NCBI GenBank assembly: GCA_963827525.1
Contig: CAWHBH010000001.1
Coordinates: 1,863-65,862, forward strand
DNA length: 64,000 nt
From: an uncultured Thermoleophilia bacterium
Lineage (GTDB): Bacteria; Actinomycetota; Thermoleophilia; Gaiellales; Gaiellaceae
Direction: 5' to 3'
Shown here: piece after piece, positions 18,762 to 28,547 of the stretch
Layout of the letters: each line of letters begins with the position of its first letter
Position numbering within the stretch: position 1 is the stretch's first letter
The notes under the pieces: generated by a model
The model's database searches: none
The model's input: the letters and a program-made list of their open reading frames with translations, nothing else
What the model was told of the DNA's origin: nothing
Translations under genes and position numbers: made by a program

Positions 18762-18821
18762 CGTGTCGATCCGGCGAAGCGCTGTTCGTCGTACTCGTGG
18801 AATCGGATCTAAGGAGACCGC

Positions 18822-19187
18822 ATGCAGTACATGGCACTGATCTACGGCGACCAGAACGCTTGGGACGGGTTCTCGCCCGCCGAGAAGGAGTCCGCATACG
18901 AGCAGTACCGCGCGTTCTCCAAGGAAGCACGCGAGGCCGGCGTGCTGGTGGGCGGCGACGAGCTCGCATCTACGCGCGACGCGACGACCGTCCGCGTCCG
19001 CGACGACGAGACACTCGTCACCGACGGCCCGTACGCCGAGGTGAAGGAAGCGCTCGGCGGCTACTACGTCTTCGAGTGCGGATCGATGGACGAGGCGGTG
19101 GACTACGCCGCGAAGATCCCCGGCGCCGAGCACGGCGCGGTCGAGGTCCGCCCGGTGTACGTCGATCCCGCGGAGGTGCAGCTGTGA
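18822..19187 (+). CDS. YCII-related (DGPF) domain protein
   Basis: MQYMALIYGD...VTDGPYAEVKEALGGYYVFE. AAGGAG Shine-Dalgarno sequence 7 nt upstream of the ATG. Confidence 0.75.
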   Translation: MQYMALIYGDQNAWDGFSPAEKESAYEQYRAFSKEAREAGVLVGGDELASTRDATTVRVRDDETLVTDGPYAEVKEALGGYYVFECGSMDEAVDYAAKIPGAEHGAVEVRPVYVDPAEVQL

Positions 19188-19540
19188 AGTACGCGCTGCT
19201 CATCTACGGGGACGACTCGGAGTGGGTCGACCTCCCCGAGGAAGACAAGGCAAAGCTCCGAGCCGACGAGATGCCGCGGTGGGTCGCGTTGTTCGAGGAG
19301 CTGGGCAAGGTGGATCCGAACGTCGGCGGCCACGAGCTCGATGGCCGGGACACGGCGAAGGTCGTGAAGGTCCGTGACGGCGAGCGCATCGTGACCGACG
19401 GCCCGTTCGCGGAGACGAAGGAGATCCTGGGCGGCGTCTTCCTGATCGATCTGCCCGATCTCGACGAGGCGATCCGCCTCGCCGCGCTGGTCCCGACCGC
19501 GAGGCACGGCTCCCTGGAGATCCGGCCGATCGTCGAGTGA
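19184..19540 (+). CDS. YCII-related (DGPF) domain protein, second copy
   Basis: GTG 19184 overlaps the upstream stop (GTGA). [10 protein letters not shown]...[20 protein letters not shown]. Confidence 0.75.
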   Translation: MKYALLIYGDDSEWVDLPEEDKAKLRADEMPRWVALFEELGKVDPNVGGHELDGRDTAKVVKVRDGERIVTDGPFAETKEILGGVFLIDLPDLDEAIRLAALVPTARHGSLEIRPIVE

Positions 19541-20727
19541 CGGTCGAGCAAGTCTTCCGCGAGGAGTGGGGACATGCGGTGGCGATCCTCACGCGCGTCC
19601 TCGGCGACCTCGAGCTCGCCGAGGACGCGGTGCAGGACGCCTTCGCGACTGCCCTCGAGCGCTGGCCTCGTGACGGTGTCCCTCGTAAACCCGGCGCGTG
19701 GATCGTCACGACCGCGCGAAACCGTGCGATCGACCGGATCAGGCGCGATCGGGTCTTTCAGCAGAAGGCAGAGCTCCTCGGCCGCCTCCAGGAGTTACCC
19801 GCCGAGGAAGAGGACGTGAGCGCAATCCCGGACGACCGGCTGGCGCTCGTCTTCACCTGCTGCCACCCGGCACTCGCGGCGGAGAGCCGAGTCGCGCTGA
19901 CTCTGCGTGAGGTCGGCGGGCTCACGACCACAGAGATCGCGCGCGCGTTCCTCGTAGCCGAGCCCGCGATGGCGCAGCGCCTCGTGCGCGCGAAGCGGAA
20001 GATCCGCGCGGCCGGCATCCCGTTCCGTGTTCCGCCGGACTACTTGCTTCCCGAACGGCTCCGCTCCGTCCTCGCGGTCCTCTATCTGGTCTTCAACGAG
20101 GGGTACGCGGCAACCGCAGGCGCCGACCTCGTCCGCGCCGAGTTGTGCGACGAGGCGATTCGCCTCGGCAAGCTCCTCGCCATCCTGATGCCCGACGAGC
20201 CCGAGGTGCTGGGGCTGCTCGCGCTGATGCTCCTCCAGGACTCGCGCCGGGCAGCGCGGGTCGGAGTGGACGGGGAGCTCGTGCTTCTCGAGGATCAGGA
20301 TCGCTCGCTGTGGGATCGCAATCGCATCGACGAGGGCCTGCGGATGCTCGAGCGAGCCGTATCGCTGCGGCGACCGGGTCCGTATCAGCTCCAGGCGGCG
20401 ATCGCGGCGGCACACGCGGAAGGTCGCCCTTGGAGCGAGATCGTCCTCCTCTACGACCGGCTCGCGGAGATCGACCCGTCGCCGGTGATCCTGCTGAATC
20501 GCGCGGTCGCAGTCGCACTTTCCGGTCGCGTTGACGAGGGCCTCGAGCTCATGGCGGGCGTCGAGGGTCTCGACGGATATCACCTTCTGCACGCTGCGCG
20601 AGCTGACCTCCTGCGGCGGCTGGATCGACACGACGAGGCCGCCGCCTCGTACAGGCGCGCGCTCGAGCTGACTGCCAGCGAGTCCGAGACGCGCTACCTG
20701 GAGCGCCGCTTAGCCGAGGTGTCGTAG
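19537..20727 (+). CDS. ECF sigma factor with long C-terminal TPR-like extension (ECF42-type)
   Basis: Sigma-2 region [12 protein letters not shown] and sigma-4 [18 protein letters not shown], plus a ~200-aa C-terminal extension. Follows two DGPF genes with a GTGA overlap. Confidence 0.75.
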   Translation: MTVEQVFREEWGHAVAILTRVLGDLELAEDAVQDAFATALERWPRDGVPRKPGAWIVTTARNRAIDRIRRDRVFQQKAELLGRLQELPAEEEDVSAIPDDRLALVFTCCHPALAAESRVALTLREVGGLTTTEIARAFLVAEPAMAQRLVRAKRKIRAAGIPFRVPPDYLLPERLRSVLAVLYLVFNEGYAATAGADLVRAELCDEAIRLGKLLAILMPDEPEVLGLLALMLLQDSRRAARVGVDGELVLLEDQDRSLWDRNRIDEGLRMLERAVSLRRPGPYQLQAAIAAAHAEGRPWSEIVLLYDRLAEIDPSPVILLNRAVAVALSGRVDEGLELMAGVEGLDGYHLLHAARADLLRRLDRHDEAAASYRRALELTASESETRYLERRLAEVS

Positions 20728-21153
20728 CGCGAGGTCGACCGCCTCGGCGGCGTGCTCGGCATGGAGCGCCCCTTCGATCTCCGGAGCACCAGCGAGAGCG
20801 ACCACTGTACGGCCGAGCCTTAGCGCGAGGGCCATCTCTGCGATCGTGCCGTAGCTTCCGCCGATCGCGATCACGGAGTCACCCGAAGCAGCTACGGCAA
20901 GGTTGCGCGCGTGGCCGATGCCGGTCACCACGACGTGATCCGCCCATGGGTTCGCCGCCGACCGCTGCTCGCCGGGGAGGATCGCGATAGTCGTCCCGCC
21001 CGCCGCCTTGGCACCGCGATGCGCGGCCGCCATGACCTCGTCGAGGCCGCCGGTGACGACGGTGCAGCCTCGTTCCGCGAGCAGCCGTCCGACCTCCTCA
21101 GCGGTGCTCTCCCACTCCGCACCGCTCCCAACCACCGCGACCTGGTGTGCCAC
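20710..21153 (-). CDS. TIGR00725/LOG-like Rossmann-fold protein
   Basis: [39 protein letters not shown] pattern. GTG start 21153. Converges on and overlaps the sigma gene by 18 nt. Confidence 0.6.
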   Translation of the reverse strand: MAHQVAVVGSGAEWESTAEEVGRLLAERGCTVVTGGLDEVMAAAHRGAKAAGGTTIAILPGEQRSAANPWADHVVVTGIGHARNLAVAASGDSVIAIGGSYGTIAEMALALRLGRTVVALAGAPEIEGALHAEHAAEAVDLALRHLG

Positions 21154-21169
21154 GTGGTAAGCATGACGC

Positions 21170-22420
21170 GTGGAGCAACGGGAGGCACGCGGCGGGACGC
21201 TGATCCTCGGCGGCGGTTTCGCGGGGAGCTACGTCGCGCGGCTTCTCAAGCGCCATGGGGCAACGATCCTCTCCCCCGAGAACTTCATGCTCTACACGCC
21301 GCTGCTTCCCGAAGCCGGCGCTGGGACACTCGAGCCGCGACACGTGGTCGTGCCGCTCCGACAGATGTGCCCGCACGCGGAGCTCCTGCTGGGGCGCGCC
21401 ACGGGGCTCGACGAGGAGCGCCAGGTGATCGCCGCCGAGACACTCGCCGGCCCGTACGAGATCTCCTACGAACGCCTGGTCATAGCGCTAGGAGCCATCA
21501 CCCGCTTCCTCCCGGTCCCCGGGCTGCGGGAGCACGGTCTGGGCTTCAAGGACCTGGCCGACGCGATCGGGTTGCGTAACCGTCTGTTGCAGCAGCTCGA
21601 GCGAGCCGTGATCCATCCGGACGCACCGGACGAGCTCGGTTTCGTCTTCGTCGGCGCCGGCTACGCGGGGGTCGAGGCGCTGGCGGAGCTCAACGATCTC
21701 GCACACGCGGCGCTTCGTTTCTATCCGACTCTGCGGGATGTTCCGCAACGCTGGGTTCTCGTCGACGCAGCACCGAAGATCCTGCCGGAGATACCGCGCC
21801 GGCTTGGCGAATACGCGGCTCGCCACCTCGAAAAGCGCGGGATCGAGATCCACGTCTCGACGACGCTCGAGTCGTACGACGGGCGTGAGGCGGTGCTTTC
21901 GGATGGCACCCGTGTGCCCGCGCGAACGCTGGTGTGGTCGGCGGGTGTTCGCCCCCACCCCTTTCTCGGTGAGCTCGGGCTTCCGGTGGACGAGCGCGGG
22001 CGCCTCCGGGTCGACGAGATGCTCCGCGTCGAGGGGCGCGAGACCGTCTGGGCGCTCGGCGACTGCGCGGCGGTCGTCAACGTGCGAACTCCGGGCGTGA
22101 ACGATCCGCCCACGTCCCAACACGCGTTGCGACAGGCACGCCGACTCGCCAAGAACCTGACAGGCCCCCCGGAGCCGTACGGGTACCGGATGCTCGGGCA
22201 GGTGGCGACGCTCGGCTATCACAAGGGCATCGCCGAGATCCCGGGCCTGCGCCTGCGCGGCTTCCTCGGGTGGTGGGTGGCCCGCACGTACCACCTGTAC
22301 CAGCTGCCGCTCCTCTCACGAAAGCTGCGCGTCGTCACCGACTGGACGGTCGCGCTGTTCTTCAGACGAGACATCGTCGAGCTCTCGGTGCTCGGCCACC
22401 CGAAGCGCCTCGGCGAATGA
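21170..22420 (+). CDS. ndh: type II NADH dehydrogenase (NDH-2), FAD-dependent pyridine nucleotide-disulfide oxidoreductase
   Basis: Two dinucleotide-binding motifs, LILGGGFAGSY and FVFVGAGYAGVE. GDCA motif near the C-terminal third. Confidence 0.8.
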   Translation: MEQREARGGTLILGGGFAGSYVARLLKRHGATILSPENFMLYTPLLPEAGAGTLEPRHVVVPLRQMCPHAELLLGRATGLDEERQVIAAETLAGPYEISYERLVIALGAITRFLPVPGLREHGLGFKDLADAIGLRNRLLQQLERAVIHPDAPDELGFVFVGAGYAGVEALAELNDLAHAALRFYPTLRDVPQRWVLVDAAPKILPEIPRRLGEYAARHLEKRGIEIHVSTTLESYDGREAVLSDGTRVPARTLVWSAGVRPHPFLGELGLPVDERGRLRVDEMLRVEGRETVWALGDCAAVVNVRTPGVNDPPTSQHALRQARRLAKNLTGPPEPYGYRMLGQVATLGYHKGIAEIPGLRLRGFLGWWVARTYHLYQLPLLSRKLRVVTDWTVALFFRRDIVELSVLGHPKRLGE

Positions 22421-22432
22421 CGCGTCGGCGCA

Positions 22433-23251
22433 CTACGTCAGCAGGTCGAGAAATGCCGCGATGTCGGCTGCGACCCGCTCGGGTTGCTCCCAATGCACCA
22501 CATGGCCGACGCCCTCATAAACGACTAGCCGGGAGTTGGAGATCGCGGCCGTGAGTTTCTCCTGATCCTCGCGGGGCGCGAAGACGTCGCGATCGCCCCA
22601 CACGATCAGCGTCGGAGCAGCGATCGTTCCGGTCGCAGCCGCTGGCACGGCCTCGAGCAGGCCTTCTAGCGATTCCTTCCAGACGCGCGCGGGCACTTTG
22701 AGGCTCTCGCCGACCAGCTTCTCGAGGAAAGCGGGAGACACCGGCCCGGACACGGTGCTCGCAACGAACTCGCGCACGAAAGTGGGGTCGACCGGGTCGC
22801 TGAGCGCAAACACGTCCCTGGCCAGATCCGAGTCCGCCGCGTCACCGAGGCTCCAGGGCACTCCGATCAGCACGAGACCCAGCGTTCTATGCGGATTGTC
22901 TAGCGCGAAGCGCTGCGCAGTAAAGCTTGCACTCGAAGAGGCAACCAGCACAGCGCGCTCGAGTCCGAGAACGTCCAGAAAAGCGACGAGATCGGCGGCG
23001 AAGTCGGTGACCGCGTAGCCCGATGTTGGTTTGTCGGCTTCCCCGTGTCCACGCTGCGTCACCGCGATGGCACGAATCGACCTCGGAAGATGCGGAAGCA
23101 CGAGCTCGAAGGACCGCCATGAGTCCGCGTAACCGTGGAGAAGGACTACGGGTAGACCGGCGGCCTCGTCGCCCTGTTCTACATATGGCAACTCGAGCGC
23201 GTTCGGCAGCGTGGCCCACTTGATCTCGGTAGGAGTCCACGCGCTCGCCAT
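22433..23251 (-). CDS. alpha/beta-fold hydrolase
   Basis: VVLLHGYADS oxyanion region, nucleophile elbow ASSSASF (Ser context), C-terminal GVGHVVHWE. Confidence 0.7.
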   Translation of the reverse strand: MASAWTPTEIKWATLPNALELPYVEQGDEAAGLPVVLLHGYADSWRSFELVLPHLPRSIRAIAVTQRGHGEADKPTSGYAVTDFAADLVAFLDVLGLERAVLVASSSASFTAQRFALDNPHRTLGLVLIGVPWSLGDAADSDLARDVFALSDPVDPTFVREFVASTVSGPVSPAFLEKLVGESLKVPARVWKESLEGLLEAVPAAATGTIAAPTLIVWGDRDVFAPREDQEKLTAAISNSRLVVYEGVGHVVHWEQPERVAADIAAFLDLLT

Positions 23252-23254
23252 CGG

Positions 23255-25558
23255 CTAGCGAAGAGCATGGAGGGCCTTCGCCAGCGACTGCTTACCGCCG
23301 AGGACTCCCGCGTAGAGATCCCCGTCACGCGCGACGCGATCGAGCACGGCGTCCATCGTGAAGGCCGAAGGATCGAGCCCGGAGACGACCTCCTCCCACC
23401 GGAGCGGCGTCGAGACGGGCGCTCCCGCACGCGGCCGCACGGAGTAGACGGACGCGTTGGTCTTCCCCGGTCCGTTCTGATTCGCGTCCACGAGGACACC
23501 TCGACGCTTCTGCTTCGCCCACTCCGTGGTCACGAGCCCCGGATGCGCACGGGCGAGAGCGCCGGCGACGATGCCGGCGAACTCCCGGACGTCCGCGAAC
23601 GTGTGGCGCCGCTGGATGGGCACGAGCACGTGGATGCCTCTCGAGCCCGAGGTCTTGGGAAAGCTCTCGAGCTCGAGCAGGTCGAGCGTCTCGCGAACGA
23701 GCCTCGCTACCTCGATCACCTCCTCGAACCCGGCTCCCTCGGAAGGGTCGAGGTCGAACATCACCCAGTCAGGCCGTTCCGGGCGGTCGGCGCGTGACGC
23801 CCAGGTGTGCAGGTCGATGCAGCCCATGTTCGCCATCCAGAGCAGCGCGAGCCCGTCATTCACGAGGGCGTAGTCGATGACCTTCTTCTCACCCTCGCGC
23901 GTGGAAGCCGGGAAGGGTGCTCGCGGAATCCACTCGGGCATGTGGGAGGGTGACTGCTTCTGGAAGAAGTTCTTGCCCTGCCAGCCGTCCGGGTAGCGCT
24001 TCATCGTGAACGGCCGGCCACGCAGGTGCGGGACGAGCACGTCTGCGACGTCGCGGTAGTAGGCGATCAGGTCGCCCTTCGTGATCCCTTCCTCCGGCCA
24101 GAACGGCTTGTCGAGGTTCGAGAGGCGGAGCTCACGCCGACCGCGCGTGACAACCGTGGGAACCGGGGCGCGCTCACGCCGAACGTCCGAGGCCGGCCTC
24201 GTCCTCGCGCAATCGCACATAGACCGGTGCGCGCAGCCGGCCTTCGCGCGTCCACTCTGCGAACTCGACCTCGGCGACCAGTCGCGGCTCGACCCAAACG
24301 ACGTCCGAACGGCGAATGCGTGGCATCCTCGGCACCTCCTTCAGCGGCGACTCCTTGCGCTCGAGTGGCCTCAGGAGCCCGAGCAGACGCTCGATCTCCC
24401 CGTCGCTGAAACCGGTTCCGACGTTCCCGGCCCAGCGGAGCCCTCCCGCTTCGTGGACGGCCACGACGAGCGCGCCGAAAGCGCCCGAACGGCGTCCTTG
24501 GCCACGGGTGTACCCGACGACGACGACCTCCTGGGTCTGACGCAGCTTCACCTTGTGCCAGTCGACGCTCCGTTGCCCGGGCCGGTACCGAGAATCCACG
24601 CGTTTGGCGACGACCCCCTCGAGCTCCTGCTCGCGGGCTGCGACGAGAAGCGCCTCCCCGTCCTCGAACTGCGGCGACACGAAGACCTGCCCGCCCGGCT
24701 TGACAAGAGCTTCGAGTCGCCTGCGCCGCTCGCTGAGTGGCTCGTCGAGGAGCGGCTCCGAATCGACCTCGAGCAGGTCGAAGAGCACGAGCGCAAGGTT
24801 CCCGGTTCCTTCCTGAAGCAGCGAGAAGCGTGATCGCCCGCGCTCGTCGAGTGCACAGATCTCACCGTCCAGAACCGCATCTGCCGAGCGAATACCCAGC
24901 TTCGCGGCTCGCGCAACGTCAATGAACCGCTCGGTGAGGTCGTTTCCGTTTCGGCTCGTGAGCGTCACGTCGCCGCCCGCGACGGTGACGATCGCGCGGA
25001 AGCCGTCCCACTTCGGTTCATAGACCCATGCTTCGCCCGCCGGGAGAGTCGCCGAGGTCGTCGGCGAGCATCGGCGAGTACCCGAGGCTCTTCTCGCCAC
25101 CGCCATCCTTCCTCAGGAGCAGCCAGTTCTTCGGATCGCCGTCGAGGTGCGCCGAGACCAGCGTCCAGACACCGTCGAGGCGATTTCCACGAAGGCGGAC
25201 GGTCAAACCGCCGTCGCGTCTTCTCCTCGACGAGCTCATAGGTGCCGCGATCCCAGATCTCGACGGTCCCGGCGCCGTACTGGCCGGCGGGGATCGTCCC
25301 TTCGAACTCCGCGTACTCGAGAGGATGATCCTCGACGTGCACGGCGAGATGGCGCTCTCCGCGACGGAGCGGGACCCCTTTTGGCACGGCCCAGCTCGCC
25401 AGGGCCCCGTGGCGCTCGAGTCGAAAGTCGTAGTGGAGGCTCCTCGCGGCATGTCGCTGGATGACGAACCGCGGCTGATCGCCAACCGCCTGCGGTTTCC
25501 CGAACGGCTCAGGCGTCTTGCCCGGCTTCCGGCGGCGGCGGTACTCGTTCAGGCTCAC
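23255..25558 (-). pseudogene. ligD: multidomain NHEJ ligase LigD (phosphoesterase - ATP-dependent ligase - primase/polymerase) broken by three +1 disruptions (~25210, ~25050, ~24195)
   Basis: PE domain FVIQRHAARSLHYDFRLE.. continues in another frame as DGGLTVRLRGNRLDGVWTLV. PMLADDLGD | LPAGEAWVYEPKWDGFR (ligase KxDG). ..VYVRLREDE | PASDV..GRRELRLSNLDKPFWP (polymerase domain). Confidence 0.8.
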
Positions 25559-25672
25559 CTGTGGATTGTCGCCTGAATCGCAACGCTTTCTTTACCAAGC
25601 GGCTGCATATCGCGACTTTTCCCTGCTCAGGAACGTTTCGCCGCAGGGGATAAGCCTGTGGAACCTGTGGAA
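25558..25672. promoter_or_regulatory. three CCTGTGGA(A/T) DnaA-box-like motifs upstream of and overlapping the ligD start
   Basis: CCTGTGGAT at 25558-25566 (overlaps GTG 25558-25556). Perfect tandem CCTGTGGAA at 25655-25663 and 25664-25672. The same 9-mer type occurs in the dnaA/rpmH spacer. Confidence 0.35.
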
Positions 25673-25759
25673 AGCGCGTAGCGCTTTGTCCGCGAGCGGA
25701 CCAGTGGAGGGGGTCTGGGGAGACCGGGAGGTTCCCCCAGCAGCGATCGCCGATCCGCG

Positions 25760-26698
25760 TTAGGCAGGGGCCAGAACCCCCATCATCCTGTACTTCGCGC
25801 GCCGCTGGCGGCGGCGTTCGACGGGCTCGAGCGTCTCGACTTCCTCCAATGCCTTCAGAATGCCCTGCCCCAAGAGCTTCGCGGCCGCATCGGCGTCCAT
25901 GTGCGCGCCCCCCTCGGGCTCGGCCACGATCGCGTCGATGACGCCGAGCTCGAGGCAGTGAGCCGCGTCCGGCTTGAACGCTGCCGCGGCCTTCGGGGCC
26001 GCCGCGGGGTCGCGCCACAGGATCGCAGCGCACCCTTCCGGCGAGATCACGGAGTAGATCGCGTGCTCCTGCATGAGCACCCGGTCGGCGACCGCCACGG
26101 CCACCGCGCCCCCCGAGCCTCCCTCGCCGATGACACACGCGACCGTCGGTACGGACAGCCGAGCCATCGCGGCCTGTGAGCGGGCGATCGCTCCACCCTG
26201 GCCGTGTTGCTCGGCCGCCACGCCCGGATAGGCCCCGGGGGTGTCGATCATCGTGACGAGCGGGAACCCGTGGCGATCAGCGAGCGCCATCGCACGCGTC
26301 GCCTTGCGATAGCCCTCGGGATACGCCATCCCGAAGTTCCGCTTCGTACGCTCCTTTAGATCGCGGCCCTTCTGGTGACCGACCAGCACGACAGTCCGCC
26401 CGGCAAGCTTGCCCACGCCGGCGACGAGCGCGAGGTCGTCAGCCCGCCCGCGATCGCCGTGAAGCTCGAAGAAATCGTCGAGGATCCGCTCGACGTAGTC
26501 GAGGGTGTACGGGCGATCCTGATGTCGCGCAAGCTCGACCGAGCGCCAGATCTCGTCGGCGTCCGGCTCTGAACGCAGCTGGTCGAGCTGGTCCTGGAGC
26601 CGCTCGAGCTCACCGCTCAGCTTCGTTCCGCGAAGGAGCTTCATGGCGGCGAGCTTACTGAGCCGCTCGCGCAGCCGCATTTCGGCCTCACCGGCCAC
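25760..26698 (-). CDS. accA: acetyl-CoA carboxylase carboxyltransferase alpha subunit
   Basis: ..HQDRPYTLDY..GHQKGRD..NFGMAYPEGYRKA..IDTPGAYPG..EGGSGGA. The start is GTG 26698 or, more likely, ATG 26680, which has GGTGAGG 7 nt upstream. Confidence 0.9.
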   Translation of the reverse strand: MAGEAEMRLRERLSKLAAMKLLRGTKLSGELERLQDQLDQLRSEPDADEIWRSVELARHQDRPYTLDYVERILDDFFELHGDRGRADDLALVAGVGKLAGRTVVLVGHQKGRDLKERTKRNFGMAYPEGYRKATRAMALADRHGFPLVTMIDTPGAYPGVAAEQHGQGGAIARSQAAMARLSVPTVACVIGEGGSGGAVAVAVADRVLMQEHAIYSVISPEGCAAILWRDPAAAPKAAAAFKPDAAHCLELGVIDAIVAEPEGGAHMDADAAAKLLGQGILKALEEVETLEPVERRRQRRAKYRMMGVLAPA

Positions 26699-26700
26699 GC

Positions 26701-26870
26701 CCTAGCGGTCGCTCCGGGAGATACGCCACCCCTTCGCGCGGCTGCGAACACTTCGCATGCCGTCGTCCTCAGTCGGCCACATACCTTTTGGTATGCGGCC
26801 TCCCTGCGTCCTAGGCCTGCTCGGTTCTCGCCGGCGAATGGGCACCGGACTTCCCGGAGAGACCACTAGG
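26701..26870 (-). repeat. hairpin-rich repeat, copy 2, filling the accD-accA intercistronic gap
   Basis: Near-identical to 8480-8638. 10-bp terminal inverted repeat CCTAGCGGTC / GACCACTAGG. The accD stop TAG (26868-26866) lies inside the terminal repeat. Confidence 0.6.
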
Positions 26871-27717
26871 ACTTCCCGAAGAGCCGCAGCAGGCGGGCGA
26901 GCGTGGTTCGGAGGTCGCCGCGCGAAACGATCGCGTCGAGGTGGCCGAAGCGGAAGTTCGACTCGGCGAGGCCGAAGTCGTCCGGGAGCTTCTCGCGCGT
27001 CGTCTGGGCGACGACCCGAGGGCCTGCGAAGGACATCAGAGCGCCGGGCTCGGCGACAACGACATCACCGAGACTCGCGTAGCTGGCGAGTACTCCGCCG
27101 GTGGTGGGGTGCGTGAGCACGGAGAGCAGCGCGCCCCCCGATTCGTGGAGCTCCTCGATCGCGCACACCGTCTTCGGGAGCTGCATCAACGCGAGGATTC
27201 CCTCCTGCATCCTCGCGCCACCTGAGGCCGACACCGACACGAGTGGAGATCCAGAGGCACCGGCGCGCTCGCACGCTCGCACGAACTTCTCTCCAACCAC
27301 GCTTCCCATCGAGCCGCCCATGAACGCGAAGTCCATGACTGCGAGCTGACAGCGCTCGCCTTCGATTGCGGCCGACCCACAGACGATCGCATCGCCGAGG
27401 CCCGTTTCCACCTCTGCCTCGGCCAGGCGTTCCGTGTAGGGGCGGAGGTCGAAGAACCCGAGCGGATCGGCAGAGCGAAGCTCAGCGTCCTCCTCCACGA
27501 ACGATCCCGGATCCGCGAGCTGCTCGATCCGATCGCGGGCACGCACCGGGAAGTGGTGCCCACAGTGCGGGCACACGCGGAGGGTGCTGGCGAGCTCGTC
27601 GTCTCGGTAGTGCGAGCCGCAGCTGGGACAGGTGTTCGGATGCGCCTTTCCTTGGGTCGGCTCGTCGGGTCGCTTGTTCTCGACCTCGACGTCGACGCGA
27701 TCCTGTCCGGAAGACAT
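26866..27717 (-). CDS. accD: acetyl-CoA carboxylase carboxyltransferase beta subunit
   Basis: N-terminal zinc ribbon CPSCGSH..CPHCGHH, then GGSMGSVVGEK and ASGGARMQEG motifs. Confidence 0.9.
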   Translation of the reverse strand: MSSGQDRVDVEVENKRPDEPTQGKAHPNTCPSCGSHYRDDELASTLRVCPHCGHHFPVRARDRIEQLADPGSFVEEDAELRSADPLGFFDLRPYTERLAEAEVETGLGDAIVCGSAAIEGERCQLAVMDFAFMGGSMGSVVGEKFVRACERAGASGSPLVSVSASGGARMQEGILALMQLPKTVCAIEELHESGGALLSVLTHPTTGGVLASYASLGDVVVAEPGALMSFAGPRVVAQTTREKLPDDFGLAESNFRFGHLDAIVSRGDLRTTLARLLRLFGKS

Positions 27718-27779
27718 GCGCTGGATCTTATGCGGGGTGGGATCGAGCCCGTTCGCTCGGGTCCGGTCCTATCGCGTGG

Positions 27780-28547
27780 CTACAGACCCGCAGCGGCGAG
27801 AAGCCGTGAGATCACCGCGATATTGCGATCCGCGAGGAGAAAGCCGGTCACGCCGACGCCAGCGATCGTCGTCCGGGCGCTCGTCTCGCGCAAGACGACG
27901 TCGATCTTGTCGACGCTTGGGCCATTGGGCTCCGGCATGAACATGTCCGCCTCGGTCGGGTCGAGCACGTCGAGGTCGAGAGCGACGTAAACAGCGTCCA
28001 CGTCTGCGACTGCGCGCTCGAGCGAGTCGTCGATCCCCATCTTGGCGAGGTAGTCGACCTCCGGCGGATCGAGGCTTCGGGCACCGATGAGCGCCACGTC
28101 GCCGGGAGCCACTACCCCGTCGTCGAGGAGCATCCGCAGCGGCATCCCCCAGAGGTTTCCCGAGGGCGACGATTCCGGCGTGTTGAGATCGCCGTGAGCA
28201 TCGATCCAGACGATCCCGAGCCGATCGAACCGGCCCGCCAGCCCACGCGCCGCGCCCACGTGCGAGCAACAGCAGCCGCCAAGGACGACGGGTCGAGCCG
28301 GAAGCATCGAGGCGAGAGCGTCGCTCTGCTCGTCCAGCGTGTCCCGCTCGACGACGCCGACCTCCGGGTAGGGAATCGCGAGGCCGGCTCCCTCGGCCAT
28401 CGCCTCGCCGCCGGAGCCCCAGGCGCGAGGCACCCGGACCATCCCCGCCGCGAACGACCTTCCGCAGCTGTGACACTCGTAGCCGTCGTCCACAGCCACC
28501 GCGGTGAAGGTGCGGCAGTCGGGGCAACGTGCGCGCAGGGAGCTCAT
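27780..28547 (-). CDS. arginase/ureohydrolase-fold protein with N-terminal CxxC..CxxC zinc ribbon and atypical metal motifs
   Basis: ATG 28547 overlaps the upstream stop (ATGA). CPDCRTF..CHSCG. GGCCCSH where the family has GGDHS. WIDAHGD and ALDLDVLDP are retained. Confidence 0.7.
   Translation of the reverse strand: MSSLRARCPDCRTFTAVAVDDGYECHSCGRSFAAGMVRVPRAWGSGGEAMAEGAGLAIPYPEVGVVERDTLDEQSDALASMLPARPVVLGGCCCSHVGAARGLAGRFDRLGIVWIDAHGDLNTPESSPSGNLWGMPLRMLLDDGVVAPGDVALIGARSLDPPEVDYLAKMGIDDSLERAVADVDAVYVALDLDVLDPTEADMFMPEPNGPSVDKIDVVLRETSARTTIAGVGVTGFLLADRNIAVISRLLAAAGL

Noticed and set aside
26704-26868. The 54-codon ORF inside repeat copy 2 as a real micro-protein.
   Set aside because: The corresponding frame in copy 1 is shifted by single-base indels and reads into rfbA out of frame. 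An open 54-codon frame is unremarkable at this GC content.
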